DNA of 64,000 nucleotides, taken from the NCBI RefSeq assembly GCF_056746865.1, contig NZ_CM163382.1; one strand, written 5' to 3'. Below are positions 47,787 to 59,276 of the stretch, piece by piece. The notes beneath the pieces were generated by a model, which was not told the DNA's origin, ran no database searches, and saw only the letters and a program-made list of their open reading frames with translations. Each line of letters starts with the position of its first letter. Positions within the stretch are counted from its first letter, which is position 1. Both the position numbers and the translations under genes were made by a program.

Positions 47787-49902
47787 TCTGGCGTTGCAGA
47801 CGACCAATCTCTGGCAGTAATGCAATCAATAACCCAACTTGTTGTACGACCAGAGGTTCTTTGCTGTCTGCCCGAGGTTCAAGTTGCTGCATCCGCTGTT
47901 TCAGGCCAGCTAATGCCTGATTGACGCGTTCTTCATCAGCAGGTTGATGATGTAGCGCGTCATCAACATAGCAAACGGCGTCATCAAGAAACGCCAGAAT
48001 TTCAGGATTAGTTAACTGCTCCCGGTGAGCACCGAGGGCTGAGATATAGCTGGTAAACGTATGGTTAAGGCACAGCAACCGAAACGCGGCTTCGCGAATT
48101 TGCGGGGTAACGTTCGGTTCGCTGGACATATTTGATACCACCGACGCCAGTTCAGCATCACGGTTGTGTGCATCGCGGCGGGCAATACGATACGCCAGAC
48201 GGTTATCACGCCCCTGATGGTATTGCTCCAGTATGGCATCGAGATACCGACAGTTGGCCTCTGTGGCGCGTTCGAGCATGCGCGGCAGATTGCGAAACTT
48301 CCAGTCAGGCCAGATGTAGCTCACCGCCGCCCACGCAATGGCACAACCAATCAGCGTATCGATTACGCGAGGTAACGCCACTTCAAAACCTTCACCCAAC
48401 AAGTTAAAACAAAGTAGCACCAAAAGTGTGATGAACATCGTTGCATGGGCGTATTGCACGTTACGGAAGGCAAAAAAGAGCACGCCGGTAATAACCAGTA
48501 GCACCAGTTGCCCTTCCAGTGACGGTACAAACCACAGCACAGGAATGCCAATGGCGATACCTACCAGCGTACCAATAATCCTTAACTTCAGGCGGTGGCG
48601 CGTGGCGTTATAGTTTGGCTGGCAGACAAACAAACTTGTCAGCAAGATCCAATACCCGTGATGCATTCCGGTTATCTGAATGATGGCGTAGCCGAAGCAC
48701 AACACCAGCGACATTCTTACCGCATGACGGAAGAGGGCGGATTCCGGCGTGAAGTGACGGCTAAGACGCAGCCAGATATCACTCAATCCGTGCGGGCTGT
48801 CATCAGCGAGCTCATTTTCGTCATTATTATGGGGCAGTGCCTGGGCCTGTTCTGATTCAATTGTTGCCAGTTGGGCATCAATGGCGCGTAAATTGTTCAG
48901 CAAAAATCCCAGTGTTTTGAGTAAATCGGCAGGTGCGCCGTTATCGCGCATCCGCTCCAGCGCAGCATCAATATGCGTAAAAGCGCGCTCGAAATGCGGA
49001 TCATGTTGATAAGGCTGACGCAGCAAAATACAGCGTGACAGTTGCTGGCACGCCTGGCCCTGCATCGACATCAGCCGCTGAAAACGGAACAGCACGTCGC
49101 TGTGGCGAAAATGTTCACGCAATGTTTGATACTGAATATGAGAAGAGCTGGCACGCTCGTGAATATCCTGCGCGACAAAGTAATAATGCAGCGTGCGACG
49201 CGTTCCCCGTTGACCACGATCGCCACGTAAGCGGGTCAGCAGCGAGAGTTTCGTCTGATTCAATGTCGCCATCAGCTGACCGTTGGCGAGAGCCAAATCG
49301 TACAGCGGTGCCTGGCTTTCATCTTCAATATCAGGATCAAACATGCGTGACTTGAGCTCAAGGTAACGCGCCAGTTGTTCATAGCAACGCGCCAGGTTGT
49401 CCTGCAGCGGGCGGACCGGGAACAGTAGATGACCAATAAGTGTCAGGACGTTGTACCAGACGGCACCGGCCAGCAGATACATCGGCTGCTGATACCAGTG
49501 CTCATACAGTGACGTCCCCAACATAGTGTAAATGGCGATCAGTAACGCACCGAAGGCAATTGTTGCATAGCGTTGACCCAGACCGCCGAGCAAAATGAAG
49601 CCGCTGGTAGAGAGCGTTAAGCCAATTGCAAATAGCCAGGGCCAGGGAAACAGCAATTCTACTGAGGCCGAGGCGATAAAAAAGCAGAACAGCGTAATGA
49701 TGAGGTTACGCAAACGTCCCGCCAGCCGGTCATCGAGATCGGTCAGCGCCGCTGCCACCATCCCCAGCGTCAGCGGAATCGTCAGTTTTACATCACCCAG
49801 CCACCACGGAAACGCTGTGGTTCCACAAAGCGCAATAAAAATACGCGCGTAATACAGCCAGGCGCTGTTCCAGGTATAGCGTTTGAGCAAAGGACTTAGC
49901 AT
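47749..49902 (-). CDS. yccS: Inner membrane protein YccS (FUSC-like family)
   Basis: Track ORF 47749..49911; multiple transmembrane segments; its 3' end overlaps the sxy 3' end by 38 nt (convergent). Confidence 0.85.
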   Translation of the reverse strand: MLSPLLKRYTWNSAWLYYARIFIALCGTTAFPWWLGDVKLTIPLTLGMVAAALTDLDDRLAGRLRNLIITLFCFFIASASVELLFPWPWLFAIGLTLSTSGFILLGGLGQRYATIAFGALLIAIYTMLGTSLYEHWYQQPMYLLAGAVWYNVLTLIGHLLFPVRPLQDNLARCYEQLARYLELKSRMFDPDIEDESQAPLYDLALANGQLMATLNQTKLSLLTRLRGDRGQRGTRRTLHYYFVAQDIHERASSSHIQYQTLREHFRHSDVLFRFQRLMSMQGQACQQLSRCILLRQPYQHDPHFERAFTHIDAALERMRDNGAPADLLKTLGFLLNNLRAIDAQLATIESEQAQALPHNNDENELADDSPHGLSDIWLRLSRHFTPESALFRHAVRMSLVLCFGYAIIQITGMHHGYWILLTSLFVCQPNYNATRHRLKLRIIGTLVGIAIGIPVLWFVPSLEGQLVLLVITGVLFFAFRNVQYAHATMFITLLVLLCFNLLGEGFEVALPRVIDTLIGCAIAWAAVSYIWPDWKFRNLPRMLERATEANCRYLDAILEQYHQGRDNRLAYRIARRDAHNRDAELASVVSNMSSEPNVTPQIREAAFRLLCLNHTFTSYISALGAHREQLTNPEILAFLDDAVCYVDDALHHQPADEERVNQALAGLKQRMQQLEPRADSKEPLVVQQVGLLIALLPEIGRLQRQITQVPQETPVSA

Positions 49903-49920
49903 AAAGGCCATATTAGTGGA

Positions 49921-50367
49921 TTATTCAAAACGACGACGTGCATTGGCTTCACGCGCAGCTTGCGCTGTTTCTACCGATACCACGCGACGACCGACCGGCC
50001 ATAGTGCGATAGCGGCAATTTTAAAGTTCGCAATGCCGACAGGAATGCCAATGATGGAAATACATTGTGCGATGCCCGTTGCAATGTGCATCAGGCATAA
50101 CCACCAGCCAAAGAAAATCAGCCAGAAAATATTCAATACCGTACCGCCAGTATTCAGCAGCACATTTTTGCCAGCCGGGTTCAGTTCATCGACATGAATA
50201 GCTTCATTGCCATAAGGCACCAGAGACAGTTTAGTGATCTCCCAGCAGGATCGTGTCAGCGGTAAGGTAAAAATCAGCACAATACTGACCAGAGTCGCCA
50301 ACAGCCAGCCCAGAGTGGTGGCAAATCCGCCAAGCACAAAGTTCAGAATGTTCAAAACGGTACGCAT
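49921..50367 (-). CDS. yccF: Inner membrane protein YccF
   Basis: 148-aa hydrophobic ORF at the conserved position between yccS and helD. Confidence 0.85.
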   Translation of the reverse strand: MRTVLNILNFVLGGFATTLGWLLATLVSIVLIFTLPLTRSCWEITKLSLVPYGNEAIHVDELNPAGKNVLLNTGGTVLNIFWLIFFGWWLCLMHIATGIAQCISIIGIPVGIANFKIAAIALWPVGRRVVSVETAQAAREANARRRFE

Positions 50368-50489
50368 AAAACCTCGCTTTACTGTGGTTTTCAGTAATGG
50401 GCGGCAATTGTAACGTTTTTTTGGGCTGGAGCACGTTTTCTCTGACGGTTACACTGATAAGAAATCATTTCGTGTGGATCTACAGAGTC

Positions 50490-52544
50490 ATGGAACTGAA
50501 AGCGACAACGCTTGGAAAACGTCTGGCACAGCACCCTTACGATCGGGCGGTGATCCTCAATGCCGGGATTAAAGTCTCCGGTGATCGCCACGAATACCTT
50601 ATTCCTTTCAATCAATTACTGGCGATTCACTGTAAGCGCGGTCTGGTATGGGGCGAGCTGGAATTTGTACTGCCGGACGAAAAAGTGGTGCGTCTGCACG
50701 GCACCGAATGGGGCGAGACGCAGCGTTTTTACCATCATCTTGATGCTCACTGGCGGCGGTGGAGTGGCGAGATGAGCGAAATTGCGTCTGGTGTTTTACT
50801 CCAGCAACTGGATTTGATTGCCACGCGCACTGGAGAAAATAAATGGCTGACGCGTGAGCAAACCTCTGGCATTCAGCAACAAATCCGCCAGGCTTTGTCG
50901 GCGTTGCCGTTGCCGGTTAACCGACTGGAAGAATTCGATAACTGCCGTGAGGCGTGGCGTAAATGTCAGGCCTGGTTGAAAGATATTGAAAGCGCTCGGT
51001 TGCAGCATAACCAGGCGTATACAGAAGCCATGCTTACCGAGTATGCAGATTTTTTCCGCCAGGTCGAGTCTTCACCGCTGAATCCGGCGCAGGCCCGGGC
51101 AGTCGTTAATGGCGAGCATTCTCTGTTAGTGCTGGCTGGTGCAGGAAGCGGAAAAACGTCGGTGCTGGTGGCCCGTGCAGGCTGGTTGCTGGCGCGTGGT
51201 GAAGCGTCCCCTGAGCAAATTTTATTGCTGGCGTTTGGTCGCAAAGCCGCTGAAGAGATGGACGAGCGTATTCGCGAACGGCTACATACCGAAGACATTA
51301 CCGCACGCACGTTTCATGCGCTGGCGCTGCATATTATTCAGCAGGGCAGCAAAAAAGTTCCGATAGTCAGCAAACTGGAAAATGATACCGCTGCCCGTCA
51401 TGAACTCTTTATTGCTGAGTGGCGCAAGCAATGCAGCGAAAAGAAAGCGCAGGCGAAGGGCTGGCGGCAATGGCTGACGGAAGAAATGCAGTGGTCAGTG
51501 CCAGAAGGTAACTTCTGGGATGATGAAAAATTACAGCGTCGTCTTGCCTCACGCCTCGATCGTTGGGTAAGTCTGATGCGGATGCACGGTGGCGCACAGG
51601 CAGAAATGATTGCCAGTGCACCCGAAGAGATTCGCGATCTGTTCAGTAAACGTATCAAGTTGATGGCCCCGTTATTAAAAGCCTGGAAAGGTGCGCTGAA
51701 GGCAGAAAACGCTGTCGATTTTTCGGGCCTTATTCACCAGGCGATTGTGATTCTGGAGAAAGGTCGCTTTATCAGCCCGTGGAAGCATATTCTGGTTGAT
51801 GAATTTCAGGATATCTCGCCGCAGCGCGCAGCGTTGTTAGCGGCATTACGCAAGCAAAACAGTCAGACGACGTTGTTCGCCGTTGGTGATGACTGGCAGG
51901 CGATTTATCGCTTCAGCGGTGCGCAAATGTCGCTCACCACCGCTTTCCATGAAAACTTTGGTGAAGGCGATCGCTGCGATTTAGACACGACTTACCGTTT
52001 TAACAGTCGTATCGGTGAGGTGGCAAACCGGTTTATTCAGCAGAACCCAGGCCAGCTGAAAAAGCCGCTAAACAGCTTAACCAATGGAGACAAAAAAGCC
52101 GTCACGTTATTGGATGAGAGCCATCTTGACGCTTTGCTGGATAAGCTCTCTGGTTATGCCAAACCGGAAGAGCGCATTCTGATCCTGGCGCGTTACCATC
52201 ACATGAGGCCTGCCAGCCTGGAAAAAGCGGCAACACGCTGGCCGAAGTTGCAAATCGACTTTATGACCATTCATGCCAGCAAAGGGCAACAGGCGGATTA
52301 CGTCATCATCGTTGGCTTGCAGGAGGGAAGTGATGGTTTTCCGGCTGCGGCGCGGGAGTCGATTATGGAAGAGGCGCTACTGCCACCGGTTGAGGATTTC
52401 CCGGACGCTGAAGAACGGCGGTTAATGTACGTGGCGCTGACCCGGGCACGCCATCGGGTATGGGCACTGTTTAACAAAGAGAATCCCTCTCCCTTTGTGG
52501 AAATACTGAAAAATCTGGATGTGCCGGTGGCGAGAAAACCGTAA
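50490..52544 (+). CDS. helD: DNA helicase IV (UvrD-like superfamily 1 helicase)
   Basis: Track ORF 50397..52544; start moved to MELKATTLGKRLAQHPYDR giving 684 aa; Walker A GAGSGKTS. Confidence 0.93.
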   Translation: MELKATTLGKRLAQHPYDRAVILNAGIKVSGDRHEYLIPFNQLLAIHCKRGLVWGELEFVLPDEKVVRLHGTEWGETQRFYHHLDAHWRRWSGEMSEIASGVLLQQLDLIATRTGENKWLTREQTSGIQQQIRQALSALPLPVNRLEEFDNCREAWRKCQAWLKDIESARLQHNQAYTEAMLTEYADFFRQVESSPLNPAQARAVVNGEHSLLVLAGAGSGKTSVLVARAGWLLARGEASPEQILLLAFGRKAAEEMDERIRERLHTEDITARTFHALALHIIQQGSKKVPIVSKLENDTAARHELFIAEWRKQCSEKKAQAKGWRQWLTEEMQWSVPEGNFWDDEKLQRRLASRLDRWVSLMRMHGGAQAEMIASAPEEIRDLFSKRIKLMAPLLKAWKGALKAENAVDFSGLIHQAIVILEKGRFISPWKHILVDEFQDISPQRAALLAALRKQNSQTTLFAVGDDWQAIYRFSGAQMSLTTAFHENFGEGDRCDLDTTYRFNSRIGEVANRFIQQNPGQLKKPLNSLTNGDKKAVTLLDESHLDALLDKLSGYAKPEERILILARYHHMRPASLEKAATRWPKLQIDFMTIHASKGQQADYVIIVGLQEGSDGFPAAARESIMEEALLPPVEDFPDAEERRLMYVALTRARHRVWALFNKENPSPFVEILKNLDVPVARKP

Positions 52545-52575
52545 GAAACAGGTGGCGTTTGCCACCTGTGCAATA

Positions 52576-53034
52576 TTACTTCAGACGGTCCGCGAGATAA
52601 CGCTGATAATCGGGGATCAGAATATCGACCGCGTCGTTGAAATGCGGCGACTGGATAATGAAGTCTGCCGTTGCCACGTTGGTGGCGACCGGAATGTTCC
52701 ATACCGTCGCCAGACGCAGCAAGGCTTTCACGTCAGGATCGTGCGGAACGGCATTTAGTGGGTCCCAGAAGAAAATCAATACATCAATTTTCCCTTCTGA
52801 GATCAATGCGCCAACCTGCTGGTCACCCCCCATTGGGCCACTCAACATCGCGTTGACGTTCATGCTGGTTGCACGGGAAATCAAGTTACCGGTAGTGCCT
52901 GTTGCATACAGTACGTGTTGTTCCAGTAACGGTTGATGTCGTTCCACCCAGCTCATCAGCATTTGTTTGCAGTGATCGTGTGCCACCAGCGCAATATGTT
53001 TCCGCGCAGGTAAAGTGCGTGTCGTCAGTTCCAT
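52576..53034 (-). CDS. mgsA: Methylglyoxal synthase
   Basis: Track ORF 52576..53043; start at [23 protein letters not shown] giving 152 aa. Confidence 0.95.
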   Translation of the reverse strand: MELTTRTLPARKHIALVAHDHCKQMLMSWVERHQPLLEQHVLYATGTTGNLISRATSMNVNAMLSGPMGGDQQVGALISEGKIDVLIFFWDPLNAVPHDPDVKALLRLATVWNIPVATNVATADFIIQSPHFNDAVDILIPDYQRYLADRLK

Positions 53035-53129
53035 AATGTACATCCGTAGTTAACTTTCCTACAGATTACTGTAAGCACTTATCGCTGCAAGAGAAAGACC
53101 GAAAAAGCCTGCGCACAGGCACAAAAATC

Positions 53130-53792
53130 TCAGGAAGATGGTTGTTTTTCCGCCCATTGCAGGAAAGTATTTCGCGTTTGTGGGTCAGCCAGTTTAAACC
53201 AATACTTCAGCCGTTGTTCTGTGAGCACCTGAGACTGCGGTGGAATAGCATCCAGCTCGGAAACACCCGAAAGCAGCGTACTGTCATCTGCCATCATCGT
53301 GGCAAATTGCGGTAGTGAAGCGCGTTTCGCGGATTTGTTATAGCGTTCAACCTCGACCTCATAATCAATCGTTTTTGCCGTTGAGGTAATGGCGAGAATA
53401 TCCAGCTTTACCGGAATCGGCGTCGCATCGCCATCCAACAATTCAAGGCGCGGCGCGGCATCAAAATGGTTAGCTTCCCGCTCATTCTCCAGACGAGGCA
53501 GGCGAAAATTGACCTGGTTGATGAGCTGGGTATTAAAACTGACCACCAGCGGTGGGGAGATATACAGCCGTTCTTCACTATTGGAAAGATGAATCGTCTT
53601 CTCAACGCGAAACACTAACTGATGCGGTCCATTATCCAGTTCAATGCTGTCCGCACCGCGCAGCAGAGAGCTGGAAACCTTTTTACCGTCGAGTACCAGA
53701 AGATCGACATCGGTTGAAAGCCGCAGCGTGGTGGCAAAAACGGATACCGGCAAACATAATGCAATCAAGGTGGTCACGATGCCGGTTTTCAT
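53130..53792 (-). CDS. yccT: Secreted protein YccT (DUF2057)
   Basis: 220-aa ORF with N-terminal signal peptide at the conserved position next to mgsA. Confidence 0.85.
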
Positions 53793-53964
53793 AGGTAGCT
53801 CCTGTCAAAAGACCGCCCGAATAATAATGTGTCAAAATTTTTCTTTAATCATACTTACTAACATATAGACATATTTCCCGCTTTTGCTCTCATTCATTCG
53901 TATTAGCTGCATGGTTGGCATGTCGGCTTTGTCGTACACTTTGTTAAACAGTCTGGAGGAAATA

Positions 53965-54378
53965 ATGAAAGAAACCGATATTGCAGGCATTTTAACGTCC
54001 ACTCACACCATTGCGCTGGTGGGGGCAAGCGACAAACCCGATCGTCCCAGCTATCGCGTGATGAAATATCTACTCGACCAGGGGTATCACGTCATTCCGG
54101 TTTCACCAAAAGTTGCCGGCAAAACGCTGCTGGGCCAGCAGGGGTATGGCACGCTGGCAGAAGTTCCGGAAAAAGTCGATATGGTCGATGTTTTCCGGAA
54201 TTCAGAAGCGGCGTGGGGCGTGGCGCAGGAAGCGATCGCCATTGGCGCGAAAACCCTCTGGATGCAACTGGGGGTGATTAATGAGCAGGCGGCAGTACTG
54301 GCACGGGATGCCGGGTTAAATGTGGTGATGGATCGCTGCCCGGCTATTGAGATCCCTCGCCTGGGCCTGGCCAAATAA
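53965..54378 (+). CDS. yccU: CoA-binding protein YccU
   Basis: Track ORF 53884..54378; start moved to [30 protein letters not shown] giving 137 aa; GGAG RBS upstream. Confidence 0.85.
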   Translation: MKETDIAGILTSTHTIALVGASDKPDRPSYRVMKYLLDQGYHVIPVSPKVAGKTLLGQQGYGTLAEVPEKVDMVDVFRNSEAAWGVAQEAIAIGAKTLWMQLGVINEQAAVLARDAGLNVVMDRCPAIEIPRLGLAK

Positions 54379-54415
54379 AAAATCCCCGGAAGGCCAAAAC
54401 CTTCCGGGGATTTGT
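54376..54415. terminator. Bidirectional rho-independent terminator between yccU and hspQ
   Basis: Long stem aatccccggaagg / ccttccggggatt with A-run and T-run flanks between convergent genes. Confidence 0.8.
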
Positions 54416-54422
54416 TCAGGGA

Positions 54423-54797
<375 letters not shown>

Positions 54798-55988
54798 TTA
54801 CATGACGCGACAGGCAAACCCTTTCAGATATAGCCCTTCCGGATAGGTAGCGATCACCGGATGATCGGCTGCCTGACGGAACTGCTCTATAAATTGTACA
54901 TCACGACCGGCATCAATTGCGGCATCCGCGATGATTTTCTGAAATAAATCGCTGGTCATCAGACCGGAACAGGAGAAAGTCAGGAGAACTCCACCTTCAT
55001 TCAGCAACTGAATCGCCAGCATGTTGATGTCTTTATAGCCACGACATGCGCCCATCAACTGGCTTTTATTCTCAACAAACTTCGGCGGGTCCATCACGAT
55101 AACGTCAAATTTTTCACCGCGATCGCGATAAGTACGCATCAATTTAAAGACATCATCACGGACAAACTCAGCCTTGCTCAGATCCAGTTTGTTCAGCTCA
55201 ACGTTCTGCCGTGCAATATCCAGGGCTTCCTGGGAGGTATCAACGCTGACAACCTGGCTGCAACCGCCCATCAGTGCCGATACGGCGAAACCACCGGTAT
55301 AGGAGAAACAGTTCAGTACGCGTTTATTTTCAACGTAGCGGCGGGTAGCCAGGCGGCTATCACGCTGATCTAGGTAGTAGCCCGTTTTGTGTCCGTGCTG
55401 AATATCCACCAGCAGCTTCATGCCGTGTTCTTCAATCGGCAGCAGGGCAGGCGGCAACTCGCCGGTGACGGGGCCCTGGGTCAGCTCCATCCCTTCTTTT
55501 TTACGTACCGCAACATCGCTGCGATCGTAAATCGCACATTCCGGGTACAGCGTTTGCAGGGCGCTAATTAATGCCGCGCGCTGATATTCTGCGCCAGCAC
55601 TCAGTAGTTGCAGCACCAGAAAATTACCGAAACGATCGATAGTAATACCCGGCAGGCCATCAGATTCTCCGGCGATTAAACGATAGCTGTCGAGGCCATC
55701 TTTTTGCGCCAGCCAGTCACGCCATTTTTGCGCTTGTTGCAAACGGCGGGTAAAAAAAGCAATGTCGATAGATTCATTCGGGTCAAACGTCCAGACGCGC
55801 GCCCGGATTTGCGAAGCTGGCGAATAAGCGCCGCGTGCTAACCATTTTCCCTGATGATCAACAATATCGATGGTTTCCCCGAGGCTGGCTTTACCTTCCA
55901 TGCGGGCAACGGCCCCGGAAAAGATCCACGGATGGCGACGAAGTAATGATTTTTCGCGCCCTTTGGCTAACACTAAACGTACACTCAT
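54798..55988 (-). CDS. rlmI: 23S rRNA m5C1962 methyltransferase
   Basis: 396-aa ORF with PUA and SAM-methyltransferase regions. Confidence 0.9.
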   Translation of the reverse strand: MSVRLVLAKGREKSLLRRHPWIFSGAVARMEGKASLGETIDIVDHQGKWLARGAYSPASQIRARVWTFDPNESIDIAFFTRRLQQAQKWRDWLAQKDGLDSYRLIAGESDGLPGITIDRFGNFLVLQLLSAGAEYQRAALISALQTLYPECAIYDRSDVAVRKKEGMELTQGPVTGELPPALLPIEEHGMKLLVDIQHGHKTGYYLDQRDSRLATRRYVENKRVLNCFSYTGGFAVSALMGGCSQVVSVDTSQEALDIARQNVELNKLDLSKAEFVRDDVFKLMRTYRDRGEKFDVIVMDPPKFVENKSQLMGACRGYKDINMLAIQLLNEGGVLLTFSCSGLMTSDLFQKIIADAAIDAGRDVQFIEQFRQAADHPVIATYPEGLYLKGFACRVM

Positions 55989-56082
55989 AATTTACTTTTC
56001 TGTCGATGCAAAGAAATGGGCGTCATTGTCCGGAGTTTTCCATGGATTTGCAACGCGTCCATTAAGGATAAGGAGAGCAGCA

Positions 56083-56361
56083 ATGTCGAAAGTCTGCATA
56101 ATTGCCTGGGTTTACGGGCGAGTTCAGGGCGTTGGATTTCGCTATACCACGCAGTACGAAGCGAAAAAACTAGGATTAGCCGGGTACGCCAAAAATCTTG
56201 ACGATGGCAGCGTGGAAGTGGTTGCCTGCGGTGAAGAAGGGCAGGTAGAAAAATTAATGCAGTGGTTAAAGAGTGGCGGCCCGCGTTCTGCGCGTGTAGA
56301 ACGGGTGCTCAGCGAGCCGCATCATCCCTCGGGGGAATTAACCGATTTTCGTATCCATTAA
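56083..56361 (+). CDS. yccX: Acylphosphatase
   Basis: ATG at 56083 with AGGAGAG RBS; 92 aa with the acylphosphatase signature VxGxVQGVxFR ([12 protein letters not shown]); the track ORF 55870..56361 over-extends. Confidence 0.9.
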
Positions 56362-56687
56362 ATACATTTTACCGGTTTTGGCAGGCCAGCAATTTTGGTG
56401 GCTTGCTTAGCCGGACCTTTCGGAAACAGTCGGTATAAATAGCGGCTGTTACCTTTTTCTTCACCAAATTTATTCGCCATCGCTTTTACCAGCATACGAA
56501 TCGCCGGAGAAGTATTGAATTCCAGATAGAAATCACGCACAAAACGCACCACTTCCCAGTGTTCTGGCGACAGCGAAATCCCTTCGTTCTCTGCAATCAC
56601 CACTGCCAGCGGCTCACTCCACTGGCTGCTTTCTTTGAGATAGCCTTCGGTATCCGTTTCTATCTCTTTACCTTCGAAGATCAGCAT
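56358..56687 (-). CDS. tusE: Sulfurtransferase TusE (DsrC-like)
   Basis: Track ORF 56358..56744; start moved to [17 protein letters not shown] giving 109 aa; C-terminal ...PKPVKCI; 4-nt convergent overlap with yccX. Confidence 0.9.
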
Positions 56688-56777
56688 AATTATTACTACC
56701 TTAATCAGACTGGCGGCAGTGTAACAAAAAACAAAGCCCCGCATAAAGCGAGGCTCGGTAAGTAACCCTGGGCGAGA

Positions 56778-57437
56778 TTAATCGCGGCTGGCGAAGCCCA
56801 GAATGCTCAGCAGGCTGACGAAGATGTTGTACAGCGAAACATACAGGCTAACTGTGGCACGAATATAGTTCGTTTCACCGCCATGAATGATGTTGCTGGT
56901 TTCAAACAAAATAGCGCCAGAGGAGATCAGAATGAAGACCGCGCTGATCGCCAGATGCAGAGCAGGCAGTTGCAGGAAGATATTAGCAACCATACCAATC
57001 AGCACCACCACAATACCCGCCATCAGCATACCGCCGAGGAACGACATATCTTTGCGGGTGGTCAGCACATACGCAGAGCAGCAGAAGAACACCAACGCCG
57101 TTCCGCCCAGTGCCATAGCGATTACGTCACCCATTCCGGCGGACAGGTAGGTGTTCAGAATTGGTCCGAGGATATATCCCAGAAAACCGGTAAAGGCGAA
57201 TGCGGAGATAATCCCGGTCGGCTTATTCGCCGTTTTATAGGTCAGGAACATCAAACCATACATACCCACCAGCGTCAGAATCAGACCCGGAGATGGCAGC
57301 ATCAGCACCGTACTGGCAGTTGCGGTAATCGCCGAAAAGGCCAGCGTCAGGCTCAGCAGAAAATAGGTATTACGCAGCACCTTATGGGTGCTAAGCAGCG
57401 ATGTACGGTCATGTGAAGAACTAACAATACGATCCAT
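56778..57437 (-). CDS. yccA: Bax-inhibitor-1 family inner membrane protein YccA (FtsH modulator)
   Basis: 219-aa ORF with seven predicted hydrophobic segments. Confidence 0.9.
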   Translation of the reverse strand: MDRIVSSSHDRTSLLSTHKVLRNTYFLLSLTLAFSAITATASTVLMLPSPGLILTLVGMYGLMFLTYKTANKPTGIISAFAFTGFLGYILGPILNTYLSAGMGDVIAMALGGTALVFFCCSAYVLTTRKDMSFLGGMLMAGIVVVLIGMVANIFLQLPALHLAISAVFILISSGAILFETSNIIHGGETNYIRATVSLYVSLYNIFVSLLSILGFASRD

Positions 57438-57604
57438 TGAGTCACTCTCTATGACAGATGTAATTAATTAAGCAGCATAATGATAATGCGTAAGGGCACC
57501 CAGAAGTTTTACCCATCTTTACGCATTTGATCTGGAACAGGTTTAACAGCGGATTATCAGGTCATTAAGCAAATATAACGCCCTGAGAATTTCGACAGGC
57601 AAAA

Positions 57605-57640
57605 GAAAAAGGGGTTAGCAGTTAGCTAACCCCTTATCTT
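57605..57640 (-). terminator. Rho-independent terminator of serT
   Basis: Stem ggggttagc / gctaacccc with an A-run on the plus strand (T-run on the minus strand) directly 3' of the tRNA. Confidence 0.7.
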
Positions 57641-57643
57641 ATT

Positions 57644-57731
57644 TGGCGGAAGCGCAGAGATTCGAACTCTGGAACCCTTTCGGGTCGCCGGTTTTCAAGA
57701 CCGGTGCCTTCAACCGCTCGGCCACACTTCC
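57644..57731 (-). tRNA. serT: tRNA-Ser (UGA anticodon), 88 nt with long variable arm
   Basis: Reverse complement reads GGAAGUGUGGCCGAGCGGUUGAAGGCACCGGUCUUGAAAACCGGCGACCCGAAAGGGUUCCAGAGUUCGAAUCUCUGCGCUUCCGCCA, with an encoded CCA end. Confidence 0.93.
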
Positions 57732-58157
57732 GGAATGACGCGCACTATAAACATCCCGATGCGGCGTGTAAACCCCTAATTTGTTTGTTTGCCTGAAAAA
57801 CAGCCAAAAGTGCATTGATAGCGTGAAATAACAGCAGATTGATCATTTCATCACCATGAATTCCTTCTCTTTTACTCGTTTAGCAACCGGCTAAACATCC
57901 CCACTGCCCGGCAAAAAGAAAAATAGGTCCATTTTTATCGCTAAAAGATAAATCCACACAGTTTGTATTGTTTTGTGCAAAAGTTTCACTACGCTTTATT
58001 AACATTACTTTCTGGCGACGTGCGCCAGTGCAGAAGGATGAGCTTTCGTTTTCAGCATCTCACGTGAAGCGATGGTTTGCCTTGCTACAGGGACGTCGCT
58101 TGCCGACCATAAGCGCCCGGTGTCCTGCCGGTGTCGCAAGGAGAAGAGACGTGCGAT

Positions 58158-59276
58158 ATGAATAACGAGGAAACATTTTACCAGGCCATGCGGCGTCAGG
58201 GCGTTACCCGGCGCAGCTTTCTCAAATATTGTAGTCTGGCTGCCACGTCGCTGGGATTAGGCGCGGGAATGGCACCAAAGATTGCCTGGGCGCTGGAGAA
58301 CAAACCGCGCATTCCGGTGGTATGGATCCACGGTCTGGAATGCACCTGCTGTACCGAATCTTTTATCCGCTCCGCTCACCCGCTGGCAAAGGACGTCATC
58401 CTTTCCCTGATTTCCCTCGATTACGACGATACTTTGATGGCTGCCGCCGGAACCCAGGCGGAAGAAGTCTTTGAAGACATCATCACGCAATACAATGGCA
58501 AATATATCCTCGCAGTAGAAGGTAATCCGCCGCTGGGCGAGCAGGGGATGTTCTGTATCAGCAGCGGTCGACCGTTTATTGAGAAACTCAAACGTGCCGC
58601 TGCCGGAGCCAGCGCGATTATCGCCTGGGGAACCTGCGCGTCCTGGGGCTGCGTGCAGGCCGCGCGACCCAATCCGACGCAGGCAACGCCTATCGACAAA
58701 GTCATCACCGACAAACCTATTATCAAAGTACCTGGCTGCCCGCCGATCCCGGATGTGATGAGCGCCATCATTACTTACATGGTGACCTTTGATCGCTTGC
58801 CAGATGTCGACAGAATGGGCCGTCCGTTGATGTTCTATGGTCAGCGAATCCACGATAAATGCTATCGCCGCGCTCACTTCGACGCCGGAGAGTTCGTCCA
58901 GAGTTGGGATGATGACGCTGCCCGCAAAGGTTACTGCCTGTACAAAATGGGCTGCAAAGGGCCTACCACCTATAACGCCTGTTCCTCCACACGCTGGAAC
59001 GATGGCGTTTCCTTCCCGATCCAGTCAGGTCACGGCTGCCTGGGTTGTGCGGAAAATGGTTTCTGGGATCGCGGTTCGTTCTACAGCCGCGTGGTAGATA
59101 TTCCACAAATGGGTACTCATTCCACCGCCGACACCGTCGGTTTAACCGCGCTTGGCGTGGTGGCAGCGGCTGTTGGTGTGCACGCAGTCGCCAGCGCCGT
59201 TGACCAGCGCAGACGTCATAACCAGCAACCTACAGAAACCGAACATCAGCCAGGCAATGAGGATAAACAGGCATGA
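58158..59276 (+). CDS. hyaA: Hydrogenase 1 small subunit (Tat signal)
   Basis: Track ORF 58131..59276; start at [25 protein letters not shown] (twin-arginine motif) giving 372 aa. Confidence 0.95.
   Translation: MNNEETFYQAMRRQGVTRRSFLKYCSLAATSLGLGAGMAPKIAWALENKPRIPVVWIHGLECTCCTESFIRSAHPLAKDVILSLISLDYDDTLMAAAGTQAEEVFEDIITQYNGKYILAVEGNPPLGEQGMFCISSGRPFIEKLKRAAAGASAIIAWGTCASWGCVQAARPNPTQATPIDKVITDKPIIKVPGCPPIPDVMSAIITYMVTFDRLPDVDRMGRPLMFYGQRIHDKCYRRAHFDAGEFVQSWDDDAARKGYCLYKMGCKGPTTYNACSSTRWNDGVSFPIQSGHGCLGCAENGFWDRGSFYSRVVDIPQMGTHSTADTVGLTALGVVAAAVGVHAVASAVDQRRRHNQQPTETEHQPGNEDKQA

Noticed and set aside
52548-52569. Hairpin acaggtggc / gccacctgt between helD and mgsA as a bidirectional terminator
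   Set aside because: Perfect 9-bp stem but no flanking T/A runs; it may still act as a transcript-stabilising or Rho-assisted element, but I could not support calling it an intrinsic terminator.
56883-57416. 177-aa ORF antisense to yccA
   Set aside because: Low-complexity His/Gln/Arg-rich translation from the antisense of a membrane-protein gene; spurious.
57440-58157. Possible genomic island or integrase next to the tRNA-Ser gene
   Set aside because: tRNA genes are common integration sites, so I looked for an integrase, direct repeats of the tRNA 3' end or foreign genes. serT is flanked directly by yccA and the hya promoter region with no such features.
58257-58877. 206-aa ORF antisense to hyaA
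   Set aside because: Fully inside hyaA on the opposite strand; spurious.
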